Virus record (IMG/VR): IMGVR_UViG_3300045988_128829 | Span: 85,817 to 149,816 of that record | Strand: one strand, 5' to 3' | DNA: 64,000 nucleotides | Origin: a virus | Part shown: positions 20,659-30,900 of the stretch, piece by piece | How the letters are laid out: each line of letters opens with the position of its first letter | Position numbering within the stretch: position 1 is the first letter of the stretch | Made by a program: the position numbers and the translations under genes | Notes under the pieces: model-generated | Told to the model about the DNA's origin: nothing | Database searches by the model: none | Seen by the model: only the letters and a program-made list of their open reading frames with translations

Positions 20659-21072
20659 ATGGCTTGTGTTTCTAAAATAGGATCGTTGTATGAGGTGGTT
20701 ACGAAGAATGTTATTGTCAGTACGACAAATACAATCTTCGGTATTAACCCACGGGCTTGGATCGCCCTTCCGTGTGAGGGTCTTATCCTTCTTAAGATAA
20801 GGCAAGTAGTCCCCACAGCCGGAAGTGCTCTACCGGTACAGATTGCGGTCCCGGCAAACAGCACAGTTTCAACAGTAGGAGCCGACACCTGTTGCTCGGT
20901 TACGGGAGTGAATGTCGTGAACCCTATTAACGTAGCTGTAACGGGTGCTGCTATGGTAAATGGCACAGAACGCCTTCTGTACTTCAATAAAGTTCGTGGC
21001 GTGTTAAGATTAATGGATTGCTGTGTTCCAGTAGCGGCAGCCCAGGCGTCTGAAGTTAAAGCAGGTAAATGA
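20659..21072 (+). CDS. Val/Thr/Ala-rich beta-type protein (137 aa)
   Basis: ORF with a strong SD (AAAGGAGG) 7 nt upstream, followed by a clean terminator. Confidence 0.55.
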   Translation: MACVSKIGSLYEVVTKNVIVSTTNTIFGINPRAWIALPCEGLILLKIRQVVPTAGSALPVQIAVPANSTVSTVGADTCCSVTGVNVVNPINVAVTGAAMVNGTERLLYFNKVRGVLRLMDCCVPVAAAQASEVKAGK

Positions 21073-21080
21073 TTTCAGTA

Positions 21081-21108
21081 GGGTGATGGAGATCATCACC
21101 CTATTTTC
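21081..21108 (+). terminator. rho-independent terminator
   Basis: GGGTGATG/CATCACCC perfect 8-bp stem with a 5-nt loop, then TATTTT, 9 nt after the stop at 21072. Confidence 0.6.
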
Positions 21109-21122
21109 ACCTAAATAATATT

Positions 21123-21617
21123 TTGATCATGTTTTCAGATTTGAAGAAAGGGTTTCAGGTACATACCCTTGATACTAATACAGTACCTAAATACGAATTG
21201 GGAAAGGTAGTAGCCGTATCCGAACCCAGGTATCTTCCTCCTCAGCCGGGTCAGTATCAGGCGATGCAGACCCGCGTGGTGGATCTGACGGTAGAGCTCA
21301 CTGGCGAAACCAAGACCTATACGGTTCCGGAATCCCAGAATGTGGCTAAGGCTATGGGTATAACATTATCTACCAGCATAGATCCGATTATGAACGAACT
21401 GAATGCTATAAAAAGTACCAGTCAAGACATAATAGACAGCGTAGATACCCATCGTGCCAAGATAGAGGCTTGTGAATCTATATTAGAAGACATCAATCCG
21501 GCATTCAAACAAACGAGAGAGCAGGATCGTAAAATAGCTGGTATAGAAAATAAGGTGAATGACCTTACTGATTCATTCGAAGATTTAAAGAAGTTAATTG
21601 TAGAACGTTTGAAATAA
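21123..21617 (+). CDS. coiled-coil protein (164 aa)
   Basis: ORF in the + accessory island. Confidence 0.6.
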   Translation: MIMFSDLKKGFQVHTLDTNTVPKYELGKVVAVSEPRYLPPQPGQYQAMQTRVVDLTVELTGETKTYTVPESQNVAKAMGITLSTSIDPIMNELNAIKSTSQDIIDSVDTHRAKIEACESILEDINPAFKQTREQDRKIAGIENKVNDLTDSFEDLKKLIVERLK

Positions 21618-21624
21618 GTATAAT

Positions 21625-22002
21625 ATGATAGTATATGATTTAAATTCAGGACACAGAGAATATCCTGGATATGACGAGATAGAAGACAGACGAGGTGGAG
21701 GCAGAGGCAGAAGCCGGCGTGCTGATGGAACGTACATGGAGTACGGACATGGGTTCCTTCCTCCTTATGATCATTACGGTATGCATGAGAAGATGAAGGA
21801 AATGGAAGAACGCGAAAACGAGCTGGAAGAAAGGGAAAGAAGGCTTGAGGAGCGCGAACGTCGTCATGAAATGGAGGACCGGGAATACCGGAGGATGGGT
21901 TACGAATCCTACCCGACCGATTACTATGGAGACGACAGATACTACGGTGACGGACCTCAGATGCGTAGAGGTCGCGGACGTGGCAGAGGTCGTTCTTATT
22001 GA
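21625..22002 (+). CDS. RG/RGG-rich protein with central ER-repeat coiled coil (125 aa)
   Basis: RGGGRGRSRR at the N-terminus and RRGRGRGRGRSY at the C-terminus, flanking EERERRLEERERRHE. An antisense ORF also exists here (see noticed_but_rejected). Confidence 0.5.
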   Translation: MIVYDLNSGHREYPGYDEIEDRRGGGRGRSRRADGTYMEYGHGFLPPYDHYGMHEKMKEMEERENELEERERRLEERERRHEMEDREYRRMGYESYPTDYYGDDRYYGDGPQMRRGRGRGRGRSY

Positions 22003-22095
22003 GGAGCAGACGCAGAGGATCCAGCTTATCAGAAATATGTAGATACTTACGGCTACCATTTTTCTAATGCTCTTGCTGATGAGGCGGTAAAGAAG

Positions 22096-22389
22096 ATGGT
22101 CAACGTCGATGGATCCAAGAGGATCTGGAAGCAGCCGGAAATAAAAGATATTTTTGAAAAGTGCGGAGCGAAGAAGCCGGATAAAGCGACATGGGGCGAT
22201 GTCCAATATGTCTTTGCAATGTACTATTCGGATGGTTTTCCGAAGGTCTTCAAATGTGAGAACGAGTTGGTGAAAGCTACGTTAATGTATTTGGATGATC
22301 CGGATGCTCCCGAAGGAGTAGCCTTTATAAGATGGCTTGCCGTGCAAGATTACCTCGGCGAAAAAATAAACTGGAAGGATCTGACCTGA
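22096..22389 (+). CDS. hypothetical protein (97 aa)
   Basis: ORF in the + accessory island. Confidence 0.55.
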   Translation: MVNVDGSKRIWKQPEIKDIFEKCGAKKPDKATWGDVQYVFAMYYSDGFPKVFKCENELVKATLMYLDDPDAPEGVAFIRWLAVQDYLGEKINWKDLT

Positions 22390-22554
22390 GATCCAGATCC
22401 AGGTCCTTCCGGTGGTGCGGGAGCCATAGTAAAAAATATGATTCCCGCATTCCCGTTTTTCCCGTTTGGAAAAAAAAGAATAAAAATGTTATACCGGTCG
22501 GCGGGCAATAGAATACCCGTGGCCGGTTTGTTTCACATAACTTTTTTTTTTGAC

Positions 22555-22731
22555 ATGAATATAGCACACGAATCTAAATCGAATAAAACCCCATTGTATT
22601 TAATAGGAGAGTTGATTGGCGTACCGAATACGGTTATGGACTCAGCATTGCATGAACTGAAAGATAGAATAGACAAAGACCCTAAATATAAAGATGTTAA
22701 AAATTGGCTCGAATCTTTACCCAAGATCTGA
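22555..22731 (+). CDS. small hypothetical protein (58 aa)
   Basis: Internal ATG of ORF 22438..22731, directly after a T10 run. Weak. Confidence 0.3.
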   Translation: MNIAHESKSNKTPLYLIGELIGVPNTVMDSALHELKDRIDKDPKYKDVKNWLESLPKI

Positions 22732-22859
22732 ACCTATTTTTTTTCAATACCAGGCCCGATGCGATTTTAACGTATCGGGTTTTTATTTTAATTCATATTG
22801 TTTTATTTTAAATATAATTAATTCGTGAATGTCGTACTTTTGTTGAAAAAGTATTTTTT

Positions 22860-23087
22860 ATGGAAAATAAGGAAGATTACGTTGGTTACGAAGATCAAGA
22901 ACTGTGTAACCGGTATTACAAAGAGGCTGAAGCCATGAGGCAAAAGCAGGACTGGTCTCGGCTTAGGGCTGTCCCTGCTCCGGCTAAGGGAACGCCATCG
23001 CCCGGCTGGGGTCAGCTTGGACGTGGAAATGATGTCCGTGTCAAGTATGTTAGCATCAATTCAGGATTAGGAGGGGACAGATTATGA
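22860..23087 (+). CDS. hypothetical protein (75 aa)
   Basis: ORF with an ATGA overlap to the next gene. Confidence 0.45.
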   Translation: MENKEDYVGYEDQELCNRYYKEAEAMRQKQDWSRLRAVPAPAKGTPSPGWGQLGRGNDVRVKYVSINSGLGGDRL

Positions 23088-23299
23088 CTGTAGAAGAATT
23101 GGCTAATAAAAGATACGGTGGCGAATTTGTTTTCATGTTTGGTCATCTTGAAGGTAGAACAAGATTCGTTTTTGAATGCTTTGATCCAAGACCTGATCAT
23201 GAAGGTAAAAACACTTATATAGTTTCTTATTTTGATAAGGGACTTCGTAGAAGAGATGTGGTAGATGTGCCATGTTATATGAATGTTTTAGCAAAATAA
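23084..23299 (+). CDS. hypothetical protein (71 aa)
   Basis: ORF with a strong SD (AGGAGG) 9 nt upstream. Confidence 0.5.
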   Translation: MTVEELANKRYGGEFVFMFGHLEGRTRFVFECFDPRPDHEGKNTYIVSYFDKGLRRRDVVDVPCYMNVLAK

Positions 23300-23595
23300 A
23301 TTAAAATATTGTAAATATCGTGGTTAGAATCGCATATTTCGGAACCGATGGCTGCCCCGGTCATCACGTTATTCCAATACGAGGTAAATTTATGGAAGAG
23401 GATGTTAAGGTAATAGAATCTGTAGATTGTGATGATTTCTATAAGGTGTTTGATGTCATGCGTTTTAAGATAGCTGAGTTTAGAGGAAGCGTCTGAACTT
23501 GTTAGAAACAATAATCAGGAGATGGTGGTAGATAGGAATGCCATTAGAGAACAGTTGTATTCAGAAGATTTGTATTAACTAAAAAATAAAACAAT

Positions 23596-23946
23596 ATGGG
23601 ATTTATAATCAGAAAGTCAATATTTTATGATATGATGGACGGCAATCAATTAGAGTATGAATTTGACAACAGGGATTTAGATCATATCACATTTAAAGGT
23701 GATGGTAAAGAATCTTTTTCATTTAACAGAGCACTTGTTGAAAATTTAATTGAGACATTTGAAATCATGCAGAATATATACTCCGATAATTATAGGCTTA
23801 AGGTTTATACTGGTAATTGCATAATTCAATTGAACGTAAATCCAAAGGACCCCAGTGAATCCTTTTTTGACGTATATGATAGAGATGAGATGAAATTGAT
23901 ATACGGAATAAAGATCAGTATTCTGAAAGAAATGTTTATCATATGA
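23596..23946 (+). CDS. hypothetical protein (116 aa)
   Basis: ORF, translationally coupled (ATGA) to the next gene. Confidence 0.5.
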   Translation: MGFIIRKSIFYDMMDGNQLEYEFDNRDLDHITFKGDGKESFSFNRALVENLIETFEIMQNIYSDNYRLKVYTGNCIIQLNVNPKDPSESFFDVYDRDEMKLIYGIKISILKEMFII

Positions 23947-24260
23947 TTACTAAACAAGACATACAAGCAGCAGCATCGTATATTTTCCGAAGCAGTTTTG
24001 TCTCGGAGGACCAGGCAAGGAAAGCAATGGTAAAAGCCGGCAATAACGCTACCAAGATCCTCGTCAAGACCTTTAGAGGCAAGTTGTTCAAGAAAGCTTT
24101 TGAAAGAGCCCGTAGAGGAAAGGATATCAGTTCTTTTGAAAGACAGGAAAAAGAAAGTGGTTTCAATTTTCTACATAATCCTAATAATGGTCGTATGCAA
24201 AGCGGTCATATTATAACAGATGGAATTGGTCTGTTTAAACAAATAATTCATGAAAGGTAA
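23943..24260 (+). CDS. hypothetical basic protein (105 aa)
   Basis: ORF coupled to the upstream gene. Confidence 0.5.
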   Translation: MITKQDIQAAASYIFRSSFVSEDQARKAMVKAGNNATKILVKTFRGKLFKKAFERARRGKDISSFERQEKESGFNFLHNPNNGRMQSGHIITDGIGLFKQIIHER

Positions 24261-24433
24261 AAAAGTTGATATTCGTTTAGGCAGAGGTCTGGCGAATCAG
24301 ATTAAGATAAACAAAACCATCCCAGTGTCTCATAAACCAAAAGAAGAACGTCGAATGATGTTTATTTGTGGTGATGATATTGCTTCTCTTATAAAGCGGT
24401 TTGAAAACGAATCAAAGTAATATAAAGTAGGAC

Positions 24434-24793
24434 ATGTATCTTGTCCGATTTTTTTTATATATTTGTGGCATGGCAAGAGGTTATTATTGGATACCACAAA
24501 CAGATGAAACGTTAAATGGCAGAAGCTATTACGTGGCTAAGATAGTAGGAGATATCACGTTTGATACTAAACGAAAAAGAATCGTATTTCAAGCTGATAG
24601 GTATTTCCCTGTAGGATCTGTTTTCCATTTTACGCACAATTGCTTCAACTATATCATAACTTGCCGACTTCGTAAGCCGGGGCTTTGGTTTGAAGCCAGG
24701 AGAGAAGATTCAGGCTCTATTTGCCCTGAAGATATTGAGCGCTTTGAATCGGGAAGGTTTATACACCGAGATGGGTACATGCATTACATATAA
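24434..24793 (+). CDS. hypothetical protein (119 aa; start may be 24470)
   Basis: ORF followed by a terminator. Confidence 0.45.
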   Translation: MYLVRFFLYICGMARGYYWIPQTDETLNGRSYYVAKIVGDITFDTKRKRIVFQADRYFPVGSVFHFTHNCFNYIITCRLRKPGLWFEARREDSGSICPEDIERFESGRFIHRDGYMHYI

Positions 24794-24845
24794 GCCGAAC
24801 TTGACGATTTTTCGTCAGATTATAATTTTTTTTCATATTATTTTT

Positions 24846-24884
24846 AAGCCATCAGACTGAGAAGTTAGGTGGCTTTATTTTTTA
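24846..24884 (+). terminator. rho-independent terminator
   Basis: AAGCCA/TGGCTT stem with an 18-nt loop, followed by TATTTTTTA. Confidence 0.5.
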
Positions 24885-24904
24885 TGATATGCTTGATTTT
24901 TAAC

Positions 24905-24912
24905 TACCTTTG
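24905..24912 (+). promoter_or_regulatory. Bacteroidota-type -7 promoter element TAccTTTG
   Basis: TAnnTTTG consensus 23 nt upstream of the ATG at 24936. Confidence 0.5.
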
Positions 24913-24935
24913 TCTCATAACAAAAATGTTTTACT

Positions 24936-27900
24936 ATGACATCAACGTGTATTATTAAAAGAGATAATAAAAATAAAGTTGTTTCTGTCTCTACCAGATC
25001 AGGGGACAGGTCTATGTTGTTTGATAAAATAGCATCTATTCCTCTTATGGAGAATAGGGAACGGGCTACTACTGTTTTTAAAACCGTATTTTCTAATAAG
25101 TTCTTAAAGGCTTTTGGTGACTGGAGAAGGAATGTGCCTATCAACAAACAGGCTTACAATAAGGTAAAATCTAACATCGGCCTTATTCCAGAGACCTATA
25201 GAGAAAGGGTGCTGGATAAGGCTTCTAAGATGAGCAACCCTATTCTTGTGTCGAAATCAGATGCACCTTATGGGATTCAAGAATCAGGCTTTGGATTTTA
25301 TAGCCAAGATCTGGGTGATAATATTATGTTGGTGGATGCTATGGTTCCGTCAAGTATCTCCGTGCCGGAAGAACCAGGAATAGACTCAGGGCAGTATCTA
25401 CAAGATGCTATATCTTCGGACTTCACTCCCGTATCTATGGTACAGGATAATGATGTTAATTATATGGTTATAAAAGACGGTCTTAAGATATTTAGTCCAG
25501 AAGAGCTACCAGAAACAGATTCTAATCCTGTGGGTGTAACGTATCAGACTGGAGAACCTCGTTTGTTTTTTATGAATGATCGTAATCAATTATTTGAAGA
25601 TTACGGAGAAGCTCTTCGCTCTGGCGGGAATGATATCAGAATAGGATTCTTATCAGGCATCGTTCAAGAATCTACCGTGGATGGAGTGGCAGACATTACT
25701 TACAAGGCTGGAAAGTATGTTCTTAATAATCCCAAGTCTTTTATACCGGTCATGACCGCTTCTGCTTCTACTTCTTTATCAACAAAAGGCGGTATAATTA
25801 ACTACCTTATAAAGAAAGGTCTTTTGTCCGGATCCAAGATATTCGATCCGGAAACAAGAAGCTATTATATTACAGGAGAAGGACATACAGGACAAATTAG
25901 ACTTTTCAATTCAGCCTTATCCTACACTGAGCTCCGTAATCATTTTGGTTCCGATGTTTCCATGAACGACCAGGGTATGATAACCATAAATTCATTGGAT
26001 AATAGTAAGGTAACTATGAGACTCGCCACCGGAGGAACAGAAAGAGTTAGCAAGGAGCAGATAAAGAGCGATCTTAAGTCTGGAAGATACAATGAATTGG
26101 ATGCTAAATACGATCACTTTGATGCGCTTGTAGTTTCATTTATATTAGAAGACAATGATCTTTATGCTGATACTAAAGCTAAGATAGTATCGGATTATAG
26201 CCAAGAGGAACGTAATCAACGAAATTCTATTGTTGAGATACTGAAAACGCTGGGCGTTAGTGTCGTTGGCATGACCGATTATATAGAGAAGTACCAAACT
26301 AAATACGGACACGAACCTTCTGCTAAGGCATTGGCGGATATTGCCAATAACGTAATAGCAGTCGGTGAAGATGCTACTTTGTCTGACTTAGTAGAAGAAA
26401 CAGCACACTTTCTCGTAGAGGCGTACAGAGATCAGAATGCTGTTGAATCTGTTTTGCAAGATGTAGAAGGCACTGAAGAATGGAATCAGTATGCAGGTCA
26501 GTATTATAATACATACGGTAAGGTATATGAAGGCTCTGAACTTGATAATGCTGTTAGGAGAGAAATTCTTGGAAAGATCCTCGCCAGGGAGATGCAGACC
26601 GGCACAGCACAGGCGCCGGTAGAGCCCACCTCCTTCCTGGGGCGCGTCCGGCAGCTTTTCTCTGGAATCGTAAGCTGGCTTAAATCAGCTTTATCAACCC
26701 AAAGACAAGATTTGAATAACGTTATTAAAAACATTCGTGATCTTGCCATTACTGACATAGATAAAGGATTTGACACCTCTCTGTTAAAGGATAATGACTT
26801 TACATTATACTCCCTTTCTTCTATGAAGAAGAACAAGTTTCTTGAGTCCAAGATCAGATCACTAAGAAAAACATTAAGAGACTTACGTCAGATAAGCTCT
26901 GATAGGGCTGTAACTACGTCTATGACCCTTGCTCAGCTTAAGACCATAGAAGATAAGATAAATAAGGTAGAGACCGAAATAGACAAGAATGAGATGGCGG
27001 CTGCCATGAACAGCATGATCTCCACAGCCGAAGCTCAGGTCAGATACTTAAGTAATGTGGTGAACACCATCCTTCATGGTGATACCAAAGACGGCAAGCT
27101 TCATTTCAATACCAATGATCGAAAGAACGTAGATATTATCAACAATCAGGTTCTTCCGATCATGAACGATCTTCGAGGATATATCCGTAACAGAAGTACC
27201 GAATTTGATGAACGTGAAAAGCAGGATTATACAAATAGGATCAATACCGTCATTGCCGACATCAACGGTATTCAGTCTGATATTAAATCAGTACAAGACC
27301 TTGATGAAAGCACGTTGCTTGATAAGTTAATGAACGAACTTCATGTGCCGGCAGATAAGGTAAAGAGAGTAAAAGAATTTTTCGACAAGGTTCAACACGA
27401 TGTTTCTTGGATAAGTAGGTGGTTTGGTATATTAGAGCATTCTTCCAGTCCGTTCAATAACGCTCTTGGAGCTATGATTGCCAAAGACAATTACAATGCG
27501 ATGGTGAATGCCCAGCCCGCCATATCCGACTTCCTGGCATATGCGAAAAAGCATGGTTTTAACAAATCTGAATTTGAAAAACTGCTTCAGAAAGTAGACG
27601 GCAAAACTTCTAATTACCTTCGTAGTGCTCTTGATATGGCTAAATACGATCGTAATAAGAAGCTGGCGCAGATGCGAGCGTTTGCGACTGCCATGAACAT
27701 AGAGGTATCAGAAGAAGAAATTGGTGATGTGGTTGACAATAACCGTAATTACGTATTTAAAAGAGAAGTAGTTGACAAGGATGGAAATACGGTTACTGAA
27801 AACGCTAAATTCAAACCATCGTCTGATAGAGTTAATACCGATATTTTTACCATCGAGCAGGAAAAGATCTATACAGAGCAGATGGAAAAGTGGGATGCTG

Positions 27901-30900
27901 AAAATTCGGAACTGGAATTTAGCGAAAGTTATGCCACAAGAATGGAATCCATATACAAAAAGGCCGAAGAAGAATTAGGGCATCCGGTTTCTCAAACAAC
28001 CAAAGAATACCTTAATGCTCTTTCTCGGCAGAAGCGGATATTGAGGCAGCCTTTTATTGATAGCGGTGGTAATTTTGATGAGGTTGCCTATTTTAAAAGC
28101 AGCAATTACGAAGAAGAAGGACTGCTTCGTAAACAACGTAAGGAAGCAGCTTCAGAATACATATATGTAGGAACCAGGAGAGTGGAAAAAACCGGCGACC
28201 AACTTAAGATGGCCAAAGAAATACAAGCTATAAATGAAGTTTGGAGAAAGGAATCAAATAATGCCACTAATGCCGTATCAGAATCGTTTTTGCAAAAATT
28301 AAGAACGATTCAGAGCGAGTCTGGAGGAGAAGCTGCGCTGAAGACACTTATGTTGGGAGGTCACCTGTCATTCAACGATCGGTTTTGGAATGATGTAGAA
28401 TCAGAACAGTCGGCACGTACCGAATCAAATAACAAGGCTTCGTATCTTAAAATGGCGCATGATATCATTAGTTCTACGACAAGTGATAGAGATGCGACTG
28501 ACGTGGATTCTATTGTGAAAGATATAGAAAAAAATAAGGCTATTATCAAGGAAATAATCGGAAACAATCGCGATGTGGCTGATATCGGAGAGATTAACGA
28601 AGCGACATTTACCTCATCTGAAAGAGATGCTTTTAGGGCCGCATCTGAAGCTATTGAAGCCGATTACGCTATTTTGATAGATTATGCTAAGATGGTGGGT
28701 CTTGAAGATATTGATAAGTACCTTACTAAAAGCAGTAAGGCTGAAAACGAAGTAAATCAGTCTTATTTAAATGCTCTTGCTGACTCCAAGGAAGTGGAAT
28801 GGAAGTTCGTACAACGTCATACTACGGCGAAGAAAGCAAAAAGGATTCAGGCTTTAAGGGATAAGCTGTTTAAGGCTGCTGATAACCGATATTTGTTTAC
28901 CGTATCTGAAACCAACTACCTGTCAGAAAAGCTTGGTATAAGCAAAGAATTAGACGGTAGAGATTTTAGGAATGCTGTTAATGCTAAGATGGCCAGCTTG
29001 TTTTTAAATAATACAAGAGAAGAGGGCATAGAAGAAGCTAATGCTATTGTTAATGAATTTGCCAGGAGCCAGGTCTTTTCGTACTATAAACGCATGGCGC
29101 CTACCGGATATGCGGCTATGATCGACAAAATAGGTCGAGGTGAGATAGATGTGGCGCAGATGGTTAAGGACGTACAAAACGGTACATCCACCCAAGATTA
29201 TGGCATGGACATATCGTACCTGTCTTTCGACCCTGCAAGGGCATGGGTGGCTGAATCTGAAGCCGAAAATAGCGGCCGTAATCCTGATTATGTAAAAGAT
29301 CATGGGTATGGTCATCGAATGCCTAAGAAAAGCCTATATCGTGATGAATCGTATTTCAATGACTTTGGTATCAAGTATGATGCTGACGGTAATGAAGTTG
29401 CTACTAAAAACGTAGAGCAGTGGAATATGATTCAAAAACTCAAGGAAATAAAAAGACAATCCCTTGATCTATACAAAGAGCAGAGCCCGAACCTGTATGC
29501 TATTCCACAGATATCAAAACAAGACATAGAACGTATGGAAGGATTGGGTATTAACTTCAAAAATACGGTTCGTAATTTTGTATCAGATCTGTGCCTGGAC
29601 AGAGTAGACGATTCTCTATACGGTAAAACCAGGCAAGGAGAAGTGTATGATCCGGAAGACAGACTTAGGTCTATACCTAAATACTACATATATGAATTGG
29701 AGAACCAAGATGATGTATCTCACGATTTTGGCTACTCTTATTCGATGCTTATGATGCAGTCATCGTTATACAACGAAAAGCAGAAGTCTATAGAGCTCGC
29801 TCAAGGACTGGAGCAGATGTTACTGAATAAACAATTTGAAGGTGGTAAAAAGGCTGAAGCAACCCAAGCATATCAGATGTTCAGGGACTTCTTCAACGAT
29901 CATTATTATGGCATTAGGATGAACACCAAAAAACTTACGGTGAACATCGGAGGATATACGGTAGACCTTACAAGAATTATGATGGCTGTTGAAAGGTTTA
30001 TGTCGGTCATGAACTTGGCACTGTCTCCATTTGTGGCAGCTACCGGCGCCTTAACAGGTCATATCAACCTCATCATGGAATCTGCCGTAGGACAGTATAT
30101 AAGCAAAGACTCCCTTAAATACGCATCGGCTGAATTTTCACGCCTTGCTCCATCTTGTATAGCAGAAACCGGAGACATAGATAGGAAAAGCAAATTATAT
30201 GTCATAGGTGAGAGAATGGGGATATTCAATATCCGAAATCGTATGTATGGTGCCGGATACAATAGAGCGGCCAGGACCTTAATGCGTTCGCCTATGTATG
30301 CTTTTATGGAAATCCTGAACTACCCTCTTAATCCGCAGGTTATGATTGCTACTATGGACAATGTTCGTTATTACAAAGGCCGGTTCTACACGTTCCAAGA
30401 TTTCAAGATGGAAAAAGAACGCAATAAAGAACAGAGTACCATAAAAAGAGAATGGAACGCATTAAAAGATCGTACTTTATGGAGTATGGTAGACGTCGTG
30501 GATGGGAAGGTGGTTGTAAAGCCAGGATCGGGTGTTACTGTTGAGGAAGTAGAAACCCAGATGGCTATAACCAGAAATCAAGTTCGTAGCTTGTCGCAGA
30601 TATGCAACGGATCTTTGAATGAAGAAAACCGAACTGCCGCATCGCGCAACTGGATAGCCAGGTTCATGACCGCCCACCGAGGATGGTTGGTGCTGTCGGC
30701 TCAACGTCTGTGGAAAAGACGTGGCTTCAATTTCCAGACAATGCAAGAAGAGGAAGGGTTGTCAATTACGTTAAAGAATATGATAGCCAAAACATTTAGC
30801 CTGGCTTCCGAGTCTGGTATGAAAAACATCATAGATGCCTGGAATGAAAATAAAGACAATATGAATGAGGTAGAAAAAACCAATCTCAAACGTCTCAGTG

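Noticed and set aside
19913-20987. ORFs 19913..20422 and 20412..20987 (-) antisense to the Gly/Cys-rich gene and its partner
   Set aside because: They are opposite to a unidirectional + block and have no start context. Weaker than the + strand products. Kept only as a caveat.
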